A stretch of 64,000 bases of DNA from Zootoca vivipara. Taxonomy: Eukaryota. Where the stretch lies: NCBI RefSeq assembly GCF_963506605.1, contig NC_083290.1:29450001-29514000 (forward strand), written 5' to 3'. Each line of letters starts with the position of its first letter. The first letter of the stretch is position 1. Under the pieces are notes generated by a model. The model saw only the letters and a program-made list of their open reading frames with translations, was not told the DNA's origin and ran no database searches. Of the stretch, positions 47,606-60,052 are shown in pieces. Both the position numbers and the translations under genes were made by a program.

Positions 47606-49652
47606 CTATGTTAGCATGAATTCCCCCTAAATTAGACATGTTATTGTAAGAATTTTCCCCTGGTACAATGCACCTTTGTCTGCTATCTGCATAAACCAAT
47701 GCATTTTTATGTACACTTCCTTCCAGTATGCATTTTGTACCCATTACTTGGCTGGAGAACCACGCTGCAAAATTCAAAGGAGCGTGAATTTCAAAGGAAG
47801 GTTATGCTGTGGTTTGCTGATAGTTTAGAATGCAAGGTCTGGATGTGGCCATTGTCACCCCACTTTTGACACCCCCAGAGCTTGAGAGGTCCCGGAGCCT
47901 GTCCCCTTCCATCTCAGCAACCCCCTTGGGTTTGGACTCCTTCTTGAGTGTCTGCTTGTGAGGCAAGGCAGGGGCCAAACTCCCTTGCCCTGCATTTCTG
48001 CACTGTAACCGTTGGCCATTTCCTGGTTTAGCAAAAGCAGTGGGCAAAGTCTCTCCCTTGCACATCACTCATCAGTCAGTTCAGCTCCTTGCTGACAGAT
48101 GCTGAGCTCTCTCTTCACTCCCCCTCGCCAAGGGAGTCATTAGAGCACCATCTCTGTTGCAGAGCTCAGCAATATGAGACCGGGCTGTGCCTCTGAGCAT
48201 GTGCAGAGTGCCTCTCCCTCCCCACCAAGCGAAAACAGCCAACCCGCAACTGGCAGGATAAGGGTTTCGGGCTTCCAGGCATCTTTCTTGGTTTAGAAGA
48301 AACCACTTTATGGCATTGTTCTCTGGCCTGTCTGCAATGTGTTATCTTGGGGTCACAGTCCAAGGTGAGGCAGATTTGATGTGCAGGATGGAGGGGCAGA
48401 GCTCAGCCAGGGATGGCAACAGGCAGGAGGTCCAAAGATGAGCTCATCCATTCCTTAAGGCTGTTCCCTTGTGTAATACAAGATGGTTCAAGGTTTCCCG
48501 GATGCCCATTCTTGCCAATGGTTGCCACTCATTCCAGTGCATCCCTCCTACGCAGAGTACTATGGAGGCCTATAACAGAATTTTCGGAAGGAGCAAAAGG
48601 CTGGCCAGCTCAGCCCCCTGCTGGTGAGCTCAGGCAACCACCCACCACCCTCCATAATCCAGACCACAGCAAATCACAAGGAGGTAAGAACTGCTTGCAG
48701 GACAAAGAGGCGGCTCTGGCAAGTGAGCCAAGCCACAGGCTCCAGGAAGAGACAATGTACCCAAAGCAGCAACAAGAGTCCATTTAACCTGCAAGAAACC
48801 CATCCATACTGATTCAAGTCTTCCTGTACTTCTATTCTTAGCCAAAATTGCACCCTGCAGTCCCAAGAGACAGATAGCAGACTCAGGTTAAGTCCGGGGT
48901 AAGCAATAGTACAAAAAATCAGCAGATAAATACTGGAGGTGGGGGAATGGCCCCCAAAATCCAAAGGCATGGAACACTGGGAGACTGAAACCCTCTTCAG
49001 GCATCATGAACTGTTGGACAGGTTTGAGCTCTTTCCCTTTCTAAAGGCTCCCTGGTTCATACAGTTACCTTCCGGGAGCTGGAAGGTGTTGGGGCAGGAA
49101 CAGGGGGTCAGAGATAAATAGACAGATTAAAGAACCACCTCATTGCCTGGATAGGTCACTTAGGAACATAGGAAGCTGCCATTTAGCTCACCACTGTGCC
49201 ATTTAGCTCACTCACTTGCACACAGTGGGCAAGTATCTCAGATCCAGGCCAACAGACAGTCCAGACTTGAGCGGGAAGCTGGCAAAGCTGTCACTCACGA
49301 GCTCCATTGCGCAGTGCAAGTTCCCCCAAGCAGGAATTGGATCCAAAGACCCAATTTCACTTTGTTTCTTCAAAATGTTTCTAGCCTTCTGCTCCAAAGC
49401 TCACGGCAGTTCACGACGACCGATGGAAAGTACTGTTAACAATTTAAAAATACCCAAGCATATAGAAGGAGAACCTTTACTGATGCAGAGCCAGCATGGC
49501 TTCTGCAAGGACAAGTCCTGTCTCATGAATCTATTAGAGCTCTTAGGAAGTGCCAAGAAGTATATAAGTAGAGGTGATTTGGCTGACACAGTCCGGTTGA
49601 CAAAGCTGGTTGACTAACGATCTACAGTTAGGGGTGAGTAGTGAAGTGGCCA

Positions 49653-50061
49653 TAAAGTGGACCATAAAGAAGGCTGATCGCCGAAGAATTGATGCTTTTG
49701 AATTATGGTGCTGGAGGAGACTCTTGAGAGTCCCATGGACTGCAAGAAGATCAAACCTATCCATTCTTAAGGAAATCAGCCCTGAGTGCTCCCTGGAAGG
49801 ACAGATCGTGAAGCTGAGGCTCCAATACTTTGGCCACCTCATGAGAAGAGAAGAATCCTTGGAAAAGACCCTGATGTTGGGAAAGATTGAGGGCACTAGG
49901 AGAAGGGGACGACAGAGGACAAGATGGTTGGACAGTGTTCTCAAAGCTACGAACATGAGTTTGACCAAACTGCGGGAGGCAGTGCAACACAGGAGTGCCT
50001 GGCGTGCTCTGGTCCATGGGGTCACGAAGAGTCGGACACGACTAAACGACTAAACAACAAC
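49653..50061 (+). mobile_element. Bov-B (RTE) LINE 3' fragment
   Basis: RRIDAFELWCWRRLLRVPWTARRSN...VHGVTKSRTRLND*, (CAA)n tail; 13-bp TSD AGTGAAGTGGCCA at 49640-49652 and 50062-50074. Confidence 0.95.
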
Positions 50062-50099
50062 AGTGAAGTGGCCAGGTTTGCTGATAATGCTAAATTGTT

Positions 50100-50536
50100 T
50101 AGATATCCAAATAGCATCAATTCTGCTGGATATTTTTTTGACATCCAAAAAAAGGTGTAATCTCTTTCCTCCCTATGCTTGTATCTCCAAGAGTCTATCA
50201 AATCCAGATTGTCTGTTAAATTTGTGAAAGCTACTGGTATCCTCCCTTGACTTTTTGTTTTCCCTGATCTGTCTAAATGCAGATTAACCACCCCATTGAA
50301 ATCTCCCAAAACTATCAATTTACTCCCCATATATTCCATCAATTTTGCTTCTATATTTTTTTTTATAAAAGGCCGTTTTTTTTCTCATTTGGTGCATACA
50401 GTCCCATTATTATCATCTCTTCCCCCTGATGTGTTATTTTAACTATTACTATTCTCCCATTTACATCTGAGTATATTAATTTGGGATCTAGGGTTGGTCT
50501 TATATACACCACCACTCCTCTTTTCTTTTTTTGGTC
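50100..50536 (-). mobile_element. Internal L1 ORF2 endonuclease fragment
   Basis: KKRGVVVYI, GLYAPN, IVLGDFN, LIDSWR, SRIDAIWIS; flanked by TGCTAAATTGTT at 50088-50099 and 50537-50548. Confidence 0.88.
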
Positions 50537-52235
50537 TGCTAAATTGTTCAGGGTTCTTAAAAGAAAAAGAGACTGTGAAGAGCTCCTAAAGGATCTCTCC
50601 AAACCGAGTGAAATGGCAAATGCAATTCAATGTAAACAAGTGTAGAGTGATACATGTTGCAGCAAAAAAAATCACATATATGTTTGTGGGGCAAATGCAC
50701 ATATATGCACTAGTGGTGACTGGCCAGGAACAAGATCTTGGTTGGTTATAGTAGATGGCTTGATGAAGATGTTGACCCAGTGTGTGGCAGCTGTAAAAAA
50801 AATCCACAAATTCAATGCTAGGGATCGTTAGGAAGAAATTGAGCATAAAATTGCTGATATAATGCAGCTATACAAATCTATGGGTGACCACATCTGGGCT
50901 GTTGTGTGCAGTTCTGGTTGCCTCACCGCAAAAAGAATATTTTAGAGTAGGAAAAGGTTTGTAAAAGGGGAGAGCAAAATGATCAAGGGAATGGAGCGAC
51001 TGCTCAATGAGGAATGGTTGCAGCGTTTCAGATTCTTCAGATGCGACATAGGAGAAAGTAAAGAAAGTGGAAGAAGAAAAGTTATCCTCCGTCTCTCACA
51101 ACACTAGAGCTCCTGGACATCCGACATAGCTGAATGTTGGAAGATTCAGGACAGAGAAAAGGAAGTGCTTCATGCAGAACTTGGAACTCTCTGCCACAGG
51201 AGGCAATGATGGCCACCAACTTGGATGACATTAAAAGAGGATTAGACAAATTCATAGAGGAGAAGGTTATCAATTGCTACAAGCCACAATGGCTATGTTT
51301 TACCTCCACAGAGAAGAGACAGCAGTACCCCTGAATACCAGTTGCTGGAAACCACAGAAAAGGAAAGTGCTTTCCTGGTTGAATCCTGCTTTGTGAGTTT
51401 CCCACAAGCATGTGGTTGGCCCTGTGAGAACAGGATGCTCTACTAGACGAGCCATTGGCTTGATCCGGCAACAGGCTCTTCATATGTTCTAAACAAATGT
51501 TAAGACAAAAGATTTGTGGTACATCTGCAGAGCAAGCTGAAGCCAGGGTGTTTTTGCCTCCTGCAATCTTGTTGACAATGCAGTATTCCGAACTGCAAAC
51601 ACTGCCGGTGTTGACAGGCAGCTTCGAATGAGCTTTGCATGTGGCCCAAATAGGCAAGGATATGTACAAACATTGCTAGAGGAAGAGCGGCATCAATTCC
51701 TGCTCCCCGAAACAATGAGCAGGGTGGTGGTTGTGGTGCACAGGAGATACATTTTATTCAGGGTCAACGATGAGCCAATGCAATGTGCAAGCTTTTGAAC
51801 TGCACCGAACTCTCCCTCAAGAAGAATACTGATGAAAAGGAAACTCACCAGTGCCAGACTCAGCAGCGCAGAGCGCCAACCTGGGCGCACAGTTTCTTCC
51901 TGACTCTGGGCTAGCGGCCCTTACGCAACAAAGATGACGGGAGCATCTTTCTTCAACAAATGGAAAGAGTACCTGCCATACACGGGCAATGGGTAAGGCT
52001 AGAGTGCTATTCCTGGGAAGAAGAGCCACCTGCTAGCCCATAAGGAAGACCAATGCCAAAGGCAGAGAGGGCCAGGCAAGGGCTGCCCACAAAGCAATGC
52101 AGGGACCTTGGTAGCGGAGAGAGGGGATTTCTCCACCTCCAGCACAGGCTTCAGCTGAGCAAACATGGCGACAGCAGCGGGGTGGGGGGTAGGGAGTCAG
52201 CAAGAGATGGGCCCCCTCCCCTCAGGTCTCCTGGT

Positions 52236-52334
52236 TGACCTTTGGTCCAATAGCCCCTACAGCCTGGGGGTTTATAAATGAGAAGCTGCCCAGGCAGGCA
52301 CCAGACAGCACCTCCTGGGAAGAAGAAGGAGCAG
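52236..52334 (+). promoter_or_regulatory. APOC3: APOC3 promoter (HNF4 DR1, TATA) and non-coding exon 1
   Basis: TGACCTTTGGTCC at 52236-52248, resembling the human C3P HNF4 site TGACCTTTGCCCA (recalled); TATAAAT 52273-52279; donor CAG|GTAAGA at 52335. Confidence 0.8.
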
Positions 52335-52584
52335 GTAAGAGTGGGAGAGACTTGCTGGGTGGGGCAAAGGAGGCGGGAGGGGAGCCTGTTCAGTCACAAA
52401 CTGCTTTGGAGCACCTGACTTCTTCCAGGCCAATTTGTGAATTTAAAAAGGCATATCCCCCCAAAGGAAGAACTGCTCACCCCTACCTTTTGCCAACAGG
52501 GGAGCCAGGGCTTAATCTTGTTATAAGAATTATAAGGTCTCAATTCTACAATAAATAAACAATAAATGCAAATGTATCTAAATA

Positions 52585-52869
52585 CAGTGGTGCCTCGCAA
52601 GACAAATTTAATTCGTTCTGCGAGTCAATTCATTTTGGGAAAAATTCATCTTGCGAATCGCGGTTTCCCATAGGAATGCATTGAAATTTCTTTTTTTGCC
52701 CGTAGGAACGCATTAATTAAATTTCAATGCATTCCTATGGGAAACCGCAATTCGCAAGATGAATTTTTCACAAAACAAATTCGTCTTGCGAGTCACCATC
52801 AGATCGCAAGACGCATTTGTCTTGTGGAAAATTCATCTTGCAGGGCATTTGTCTTGCGAGGTACCACTG
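52585..52869. mobile_element. Highly palindromic Tigger-like MITE, APOC3 intron 1
   Basis: CAGTGGTGCCTCGCAAGAC...GTCTTGCGAGGTACCACTG, TA TSD. Confidence 0.9.
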
Positions 52870-53021
52870 TATATGAATCATGTGTCTGAAATAGTACATG
52901 AGAGCAATCCTGAAGCCATTTTGACTCTCCCAATGACCTCAAATATTCCTCTGCATGTAGGGAGGTAAATGAGGAAAGCCTTCCCATTGTCTTTTCACTT
53001 ACAAATCCTGTTTTAAGGGCA

Positions 53022-53290
53022 TAAAGGTAAAGGACCCCTGGACAGTTCAAGTCCAGTCAAAGGCAACTATGGGGTTGCAGCACTCATCTCACTTTCAGGC
53101 CAAGGGAGCCAGCGATTGTCCACAGACAGCTTTCTGGGTCATGTGGCCAGCATGACTAAACTGCTTCTGGCGCAACGGAACACCGTGTCGGAAACCAGAG
53201 TGCATGGAAATGTCGTTTACCTTCCCACCACAGCTGTACCTATTTATCTACTTGCACTGGCATGCTTTCGAACTGCTAGGTTGGCAGGAG
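53022..53290 (-). mobile_element. Sauria (Squam1) SINE, 5'-truncated
   Basis: Family 3' part; flanking AGGGCATA duplication. Confidence 0.88.
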
Positions 53291-54417
53291 GGCATATTTG
53301 TGTATGAATAGGGTGAGCCTGGATTCAGGAACTAAAGTATTCACCATCACAAAAGAATGGCCAGACTGCCCAGGTAATGCAATCAGTGACCATTAGCAGG
53401 CATCCTAGCAGACAGGATTTCTGCTGTAGACTGCCTCCTTTGATGTATGTATGATGATTTTGGGGTGGTCTTTGGTTAAGGGGGGGGTTGGGCAATGTCA
53501 AAAGTCTTTAAGGTTCCTGCACACTTTTGTTCAGGGTTTCTCTCCCTGCTTGGAAGGAGGGGAGAGAACTCTGTTGCAAAAGAAAAAATAAATATCTGCC
53601 TTGCTTTCCACTGGATCTTGCCCCCATCCATTCTTCTTTAACCGATCATGGACTTAGGAGACTTAAGGCCCCATGGGGAGTTGGGCAGCAAAAGCCAAAC
53701 CTCGATTTTTACATCAATCTAAACCAGTCTGAGCCTAGACTCATTCCCAGGATGAAATAGGAAGTGTGACTCTAGGGATGTGCAGAGGGCTTTTCCCTCC
53801 CCACCAGAGGCAGATCTACGATGAAACTAATGAATCTTAAACCTTAGGTTCCTTAATCCGAGAGGGGCCCCAGAAGCAACTTTAGTACACATTGCTTTTT
53901 TATAAAAAGGGTCTAGTAGACTCAGTTTCAGTTGCATTGAACGAAGTCAAATTGATTCTTTTTTGTTGTTGTTGTATATATTTCAATGATCCCAAAGTTT
54001 GAGAGTCAGTAGCACAAATGCTGTAAAGGTGTGGTGGAACAACCCCACTGAAAAAGGCAACAGTGGTTACCTAGACTTTGTTCCTGGTTGCGAAGGAACA
54101 CCCCCCATGACAATTCAAGCTTCAGGGCCCCCCAAATGTAGGTCTGCCACTGCTCCCCACAAACAGCCTCATCACATCTAGGAAGAGAGAAGGGGCAAGG
54201 GAGATGGTCAGTTTAGGATCCTTTTATCCTTTTTAAAGATAGCTGGTTGAGATTTCAAGGAGCCACTGCTGCAATCTATGGAGCAGCAGATCCCACGGAA
54301 GCCAAATCAGCTGAGCTGGCCACACCCTGCCCAATCTGGTCTGGAACTGAGCCAGGTCCGATGTACCAGCTTGGATCATCTAATGGGCACAACAGGGCAC
54401 CTTATCCTGAGGCAGAT

Positions 54418-54540
54418 GTTGTTGTTGTTTAGTCGTTTAGTCGTGTCCAACTCTTCGTGACCCCATGGACCAGAGCACGCCAGGCACTCCTGTCTTGCAC
54501 TGCCTCCCGCAGTTTGGTCAAACTCATGTCCGTAGCCACC
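54418..54540 (-). mobile_element. Short Bov-B 3' end
   Basis: Matches 49950-50061; 14-bp TSD ATCCTGAGGCAGAT at 54404-54417 and 54541-54554. Confidence 0.92.
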
Positions 54541-54588
54541 ATCCTGAGGCAGATATGTGGCATATTTGGCCCCGGCCATGCCAAATCT

Positions 54589-55478
54589 TTTTTTTAAAAA
54601 GGAATTTTATTACAATTTCAAATAAACCATATTCAACAACACAATAAACAAACACATCAACAGCAAACACATCAACAAACAACCAAAACAAAATTTTCTC
54701 ATTTTACACTCTATTCAGCTATTTTACTTCTTTTTGCTCTGCCGAGCTTTGACTTCCCTACCTCCCCTCCCTCGGTTTTCTTATCCATTCTTATCTCGCA
54801 GTTCCTTTTAATCCACCTACTTAAAGTCAATTCGTAGGATTTATTTCAGTCCTGCAAGTGTCTTTAAACTTATACAGTTTTTCTCCATATAGTCCACAAA
54901 TTTACTCCATTCCTTTTGGAACTTTGCCTCTCCCTGGTTTCGGATCCTGCAGGTCAACTTCGCTGATTCCGCATAGTCAATCATTTTCATCTGCCACTCC
55001 TCGATCATCGATATCGCCTGTGTTTTCCATTTTGGGGCTAATAAAGTCCTAGCCACGGTTGTAGCATACATAAATAATTTTTGATCTCCTTTTACAATCT
55101 CATCTCCTATGAGTCCTAATAGAAAAGCCTCCGGTTTTTTGGGAAAGGTGTATCTAAAAATCTTTTTCAGTTCATTATAAATCATTTCCCATTTTTTTTT
55201 AACTTTTTCGCATGTCCACCACATATGATAAAATTCACCCTCTTTATCCTTACATTTCCAACATACTTTACTACTCATTCTATACATCTTAGCTAATTTT
55301 ACTGGTGTTAAGTACCATCTGTACATCATCTTCATTACGTTTTCTTTCAAGGCAGTACATGCAGTAAACTTCAATGTTTGATTCCATAATTTCAACCACG
55401 CATCATATTCAATATTATGCTCAAAATCCTTTGCCCATTTTATCATCACATCTTTTGTTAAGTCATCTTTCATATACA
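54589..55478 (-). mobile_element. L1 3' fragment (ORF2 C-terminus), APOC3 intron 1
   Basis: CWKCKDKEGEFYHMWWTC; 3' UTR and A tail; TSD TGCCAAATCT at 54579-54588 and 55483-55492. Confidence 0.93.
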
Positions 55479-56254
55479 GCCTTGCCAAATCTGACTGGCA
55501 GGCACTGTCCCGTGTTAGGTAAAGCAAAGTCCCTTTCCAAGCCCAGCCACCAGAGACCTTCTTGATGCTGCTGAGTGGGGGTGGAACTTGAGACCCCCTG
55601 CATGCACAACAGGTGGGAGCTCTGTCACTGAGTGCTGATGCCCACCCTCCTGGTAGCAGAGTTGGGTGTGGGATTGAAATCTACGGGGGCTTGCCAAATC
55701 CCGGGGCTTGCCAAAATCTAGGAGCATAGGAAGCTAGCTGTCTTATACCAAGTCAGACGTCTGCCCATCTGCCTCAGTGTCTTTGTGGATTCTCCTTCCT
55801 TGGAGGTTTTTAAGTTGGGTGGCCATCTGTCATGGCTGCTTTAGCTGAGATTCCTGCATTACAGGGGGTTGGACTAGATGACCCTCGGGTCCCTCGCAAC
55901 CTTACGATTCTATGATCCACACGGCTTGGCAACAAGAAGTTCTCTAGTGTCTTGTCAGGCAGGGTCTCTCCCAAACCTACATAGAGTCGCTAGAAAGCGG
56001 GGACTGAACCTGCGACCTTCAGCATGCAAAGCTGATACAAAACTGCATCAGAACCGATGTTCTACCCCTGGGCTACAGCAGCCCTTCCTTCTCGACACCC
56101 TGTTCTGCAAAGCCAATGACTACTCCGGCACTAGTCTAGCACAGGCCTCGCCTCAGCCCCAGACTACTGGGGATGGTGCCTTCTTGGCCTTCAGTGGCCA
56201 ATGGTGATCTGACCTGCCTTTCCTTCCCCATCACAGGTCCAGCCAAGCGACAGA

Positions 56255-58170
56255 ATGAGAAGCCCCCTTCCACTGCTCTTTGTCCTTCTGGCACTGCTTG
56301 CTGTGTTTGCACGTAAGAAATGCCCCACCCCACCCCCCTGTGCCAGAACTGTATTGCTCTCACACATGCCTGCCTGTGTGGGAGACGGTGCAAGGGGCAC
56401 AACTGAATTCCAGCCAGCTACTTGGCTCCTGGTGGGAAGAGGAAGGGGGAAGGGGGAAGGGGGATCCCTCCCCTTGAGGCCACCAACTGAGTGCCTGTAC
56501 CCTGCAACAATTCTCCAATGAAAATAGAGATATCCTACCATCCCATCCAACATTTCTCCGATGAAGATAGGGATGTCCTAAGGAAAAGCCGGACATTCCG
56601 GGATCAAATCAGAAACCAGGACAGCTTCTGTTAAATCCAGGACTGTCCCTGGAAAATAGGGACACTTGGAGGGTCTGGGTGCCACAGGCTCCCTAGCTTA
56701 CATGAGCATCACTCCTTGGCTGAAGCAAGAGGCAAAGGCACACCTGGTTGGGATAGGAAGCACCTGAAAGAACAGATAATTCACACACCCATGTGGTCCC
56801 CGCCCACCCCTATTTCTTCAGCATGGGAAATCAACCAACAAGGCAGTTGAGATTCTGTCCTCCGCTCCCCAAAAATAGAGGGGGAAGTGTATGTGTAGGG
56901 AGGGGAGCGGGAGAGTGCTTGTTTGCTCCATATCCCACCCCTTTTCTTTTTTTGTCTTGCAGGAGCTCAAGATGCCCCAAAGGAGAGCCTGGTGGCCAAA
57001 GTGCAAGTCTTTGCCCAGCAAGCCATCCAAAAGACCCAGGAGCGCTTCACCACCCTCCAAGAGTCGGAAGCAGCCCAGCAGGCCAGGTGGGGGAGGCCTT
57101 CCAAGCTCAAGGAAGGGGAAAGTTGGGATAGAGCAGCAGGGAGGGAGGGACCGGGTGTGTGGGTGTGCATGCATGCCATAGGAGCCAATTCCAGGGGTCC
57201 ATGGGTGCTTAGGCACCCACAATAATATAATGAGCAGAGCCACAAAGTCAATGAGCAAAGCCAGAGATTGCCAACCAGCCAGCCTCTGCCTCCAAGAGAG
57301 AAGCAGTTCAGCTCCGCCCTTTGCAGCCAGCCAGTGAGTCACCCGTTTCCAAGGTTGGGGCTCGGACTCGGAGGCAGATCTGCTGGCCACTACAACATGG
57401 ACATGCGGTGTCACATGCACACACCTGCACATAGTGTGATGTCACAAGCACGATGCACAATGTTGCATTGTGGTTTTGGAGGAGCCCCCCCTCCAAAAAT
57501 GCAACATGTGACATCACACACACTACATGCAGGCATGCGTGTGTGACACTGCACATCTGTGTTATGGTGGTGGGCACCCACAATCCTGAGGGTGAGATGG
57601 CACCCTTGATGCATGCCGTGTGGGGCTGCACATATAAGCAAACAGGATTATCTCCTGAACCTGCCCCCTTCCTAGAACCACCCCACCCCCTCCTTGGCAT
57701 AAGGAAACCCTTAAGCGCCCCTTATTCGCTTTCACCCACTGTCTCCACTGGGGCAGCAGCCCCTTGCTGAGACCTAAAGGGTGCTATTGCCGCCTGTCAC
57801 AATACGTGGGGCAGAGGTGGCTACTTCTGGGCCCACAGATGTGGAAGGTTCTTGCAACGCACAGTCGGCGTAGCAGAACTCTGGCAATAGCCAGGCTTTC
57901 AGGGGGCTTGGAAAACCCTACTTTCCCAAAGGGGTTGAGGTGGGGGAATTTCTGAAACCAGGAAAAGCTCTCACTTGCCACACTGCCCTAAGTGACCCTT
58001 TACAGGGGGATCCACAGCAATTAAATGCACCTTTTCCTTCAATCTCTCGCCCACCCCCACTGCCTTTTAGGGAATGGATCGCTAATGGCTGGGCAAATGC
58101 AGTTCAATACTTTGGCCGTGTAAAGGAGAAGATTACCACATTTTTGAAGACGCCGGCGCCTGCAGCATGA
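56255..58170 (+). CDS. APOC3: Apolipoprotein C-III, 93 aa
   Basis: Exons 56255-56312 (signal peptide MRSPLPLLFVLLALLAVFA), 56963-57086 (124 nt, ...TTLQESEAAQQAR), 58071-58170 (EWIANGW...). QESxxAQQARxW is characteristic of APOC3. Opposite strand, between APOA4 and APOA1. ATTAAA at 58371-58376. Confidence 0.93.
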
Positions 58171-60052
58171 TGGAATTCTGATTCTACACAATTCCAGGAG
58201 GATCTCTCGCCTTTCCCAGTACAGCAGCAGGGTGCTAAAGTTGTCTAGTGATAGGCAAGGATTTCAACATTTGCTACCATTTCTCCTTTTCCCTGCCCTG
58301 CCTAGTCACTCCTTCATTCCCTCCTTCCCTCAGACATCTCAATGTTCATTAAGCATGGCGCTTTCTCCCCATTAAATCTTGCAAACCCTTTGCATGCTTG
58401 AGTTTCTTGCTGTGAACCAACAAAGCAAACTGGGCAGAGGTCTTGGTGGAGCAAGAGAGACACTTTCAAAAAGACTTTTTGGGAGGCTTTCAGTGGTTTC
58501 CCACCAGAACCACCCAAGAGCAAAACAATCACATTTCCAGATGTGGGTGGGATCCCCTTCCTTGAGCAACTACGGTATGTAAGTGGGCAGGGAGAGGCAT
58601 CCTGGGGAAAGGCCCTTTCCAGTTAAAACTCACTCTCCAGAATCAAGACTTCGCCCTATCCAGGCACCTGCTTAATCCCTTCCCTCCTGCTGCCAGGTGG
58701 GATGAATTTAGCCTGAATCTGGGGAAGGGGGCGGGGAGAGAGAGAATCTTGATGTGTTTGTGGTGTCCTAGATTTGGTGGGTTTGGTGGTGGCAGGCAAG
58801 CAAGCAGGGAGAGGCATCTTCACCTGACCAGGGGGTCTCCTGCAGCTCCTCCTAGCTCCATCTGCCAGCACAGGAGAGTTGAGAAAAGTTCTGCCCTGTG
58901 CTACCTAAGGACAAAGATCAGTTGGCATAGCAGGCGGCCACCAGGAGGCCAAATGGCCAAGACAATAATTGGCTAGGCACTTGTTCAGTTTCAGGTTTAG
59001 TCGCCCTGTTTTTGCTGAGTTGAGTGTACATTTTTGTGATGGGCTACACAGAGAGAGAGAGGGGGGGGGGGAAGGCCAACCTCAAACAGCAGGGATTTTT
59101 TCCCTGGCTCTGCCCCGCTCCCAAACTCCCTCTGGTTGTTCCCAGTCCCAATATGTTTAATTTCAAGAGCTGGGAATAAACAGCAGCAACTCTGAAGACC
59201 CACAAATTTGTCTCACACAGTGGCAGCAGCCCTTCTTCCACTTGGCCTTGCCTAGAGATTGCCAGGGGCCTCCCTGAGCGCAGGATGCAGGGACACTGGG
59301 TAGCTGTGGTGTTGCCTGAAGCTTTGAGGTGGCTATCCTTGCCTGCAGATGACTCCCTCTTCCTTTTAATCCCCAAACTTCTGGCACCTGAAGCAGCCTC
59401 CTCTCCCTCAAAGTCTCCCCCTTCAGGACCCACCCTCCCATAGTCCAGGCCTTCCCCCACTAGGGCATTGGGCATGGTGGGGAGATACCCACAGAACTAG
59501 CCAGGAGGAAACGGGACCTTTGGACTGGCAAAACCTGCAAAAGGAACCCCCACCCTCACCGCAAATGCCAACGCTTCACTTCCTACCCACCTCTCACTGC
59601 CCTCCCCCTTCTGACCCCCACCCCCCACCCCGCCAGTCATGCCCCAAAGCTCCCAACCCCCTTCATGGGAGCAGACATCCATCACACAACAGCCATATCT
59701 CTTAAAGTTGCTTTTTATTTGGCAAAAGAGAAGACAGGCACTGGACTGAGCAGGTGGGGATGGAGGCAGGGAGAAGAGGGGGAGAGAAGCTAGGTTTTCT
59801 TCCACTCCAGCCTGAGGTCTTCCAGCTGGAGTTTAAAGGGCGTGGGGAGGAGTTGCAACCCCTCCTTTCCCTGCCCACCCCCCATAACCCACCCAGGGTT
59901 GTGGTGCCAAAATGTGGGGTGGGAAAGGTCAGCGATAAATACCAAACTGGGGAGGCAGTGCTTATTCAGGGGAACCCTGATTAGAGGGAAGAGGGAGGCC
60001 CAAAGGTCCAGGCAGGATCCTGGAAGGAGGGGGGGGGCTGCCATGCTTCTCT

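Larger units (their letters stand above)
49425..51490 (+). mobile_element. Decayed CR1 LINE (ORF2 RT and 3' end) hosting two nested insertions
   Basis: SQHGFCKDKSCLMNLLE, NDLQLGVSSEVARFADNAKLF, WQMQFNVNKCRVIHV, WNSLPQEAMMATNLDDIKRGLDKF. Confidence 0.88.

Noticed and set aside
51693-51890. Hydrophobic ORF with a GTGAGT donor, a possible extra apolipoprotein signal exon
   Set aside because: No ATG, donor phase 0 rather than the family's phase 1, and no downstream amphipathic exon.
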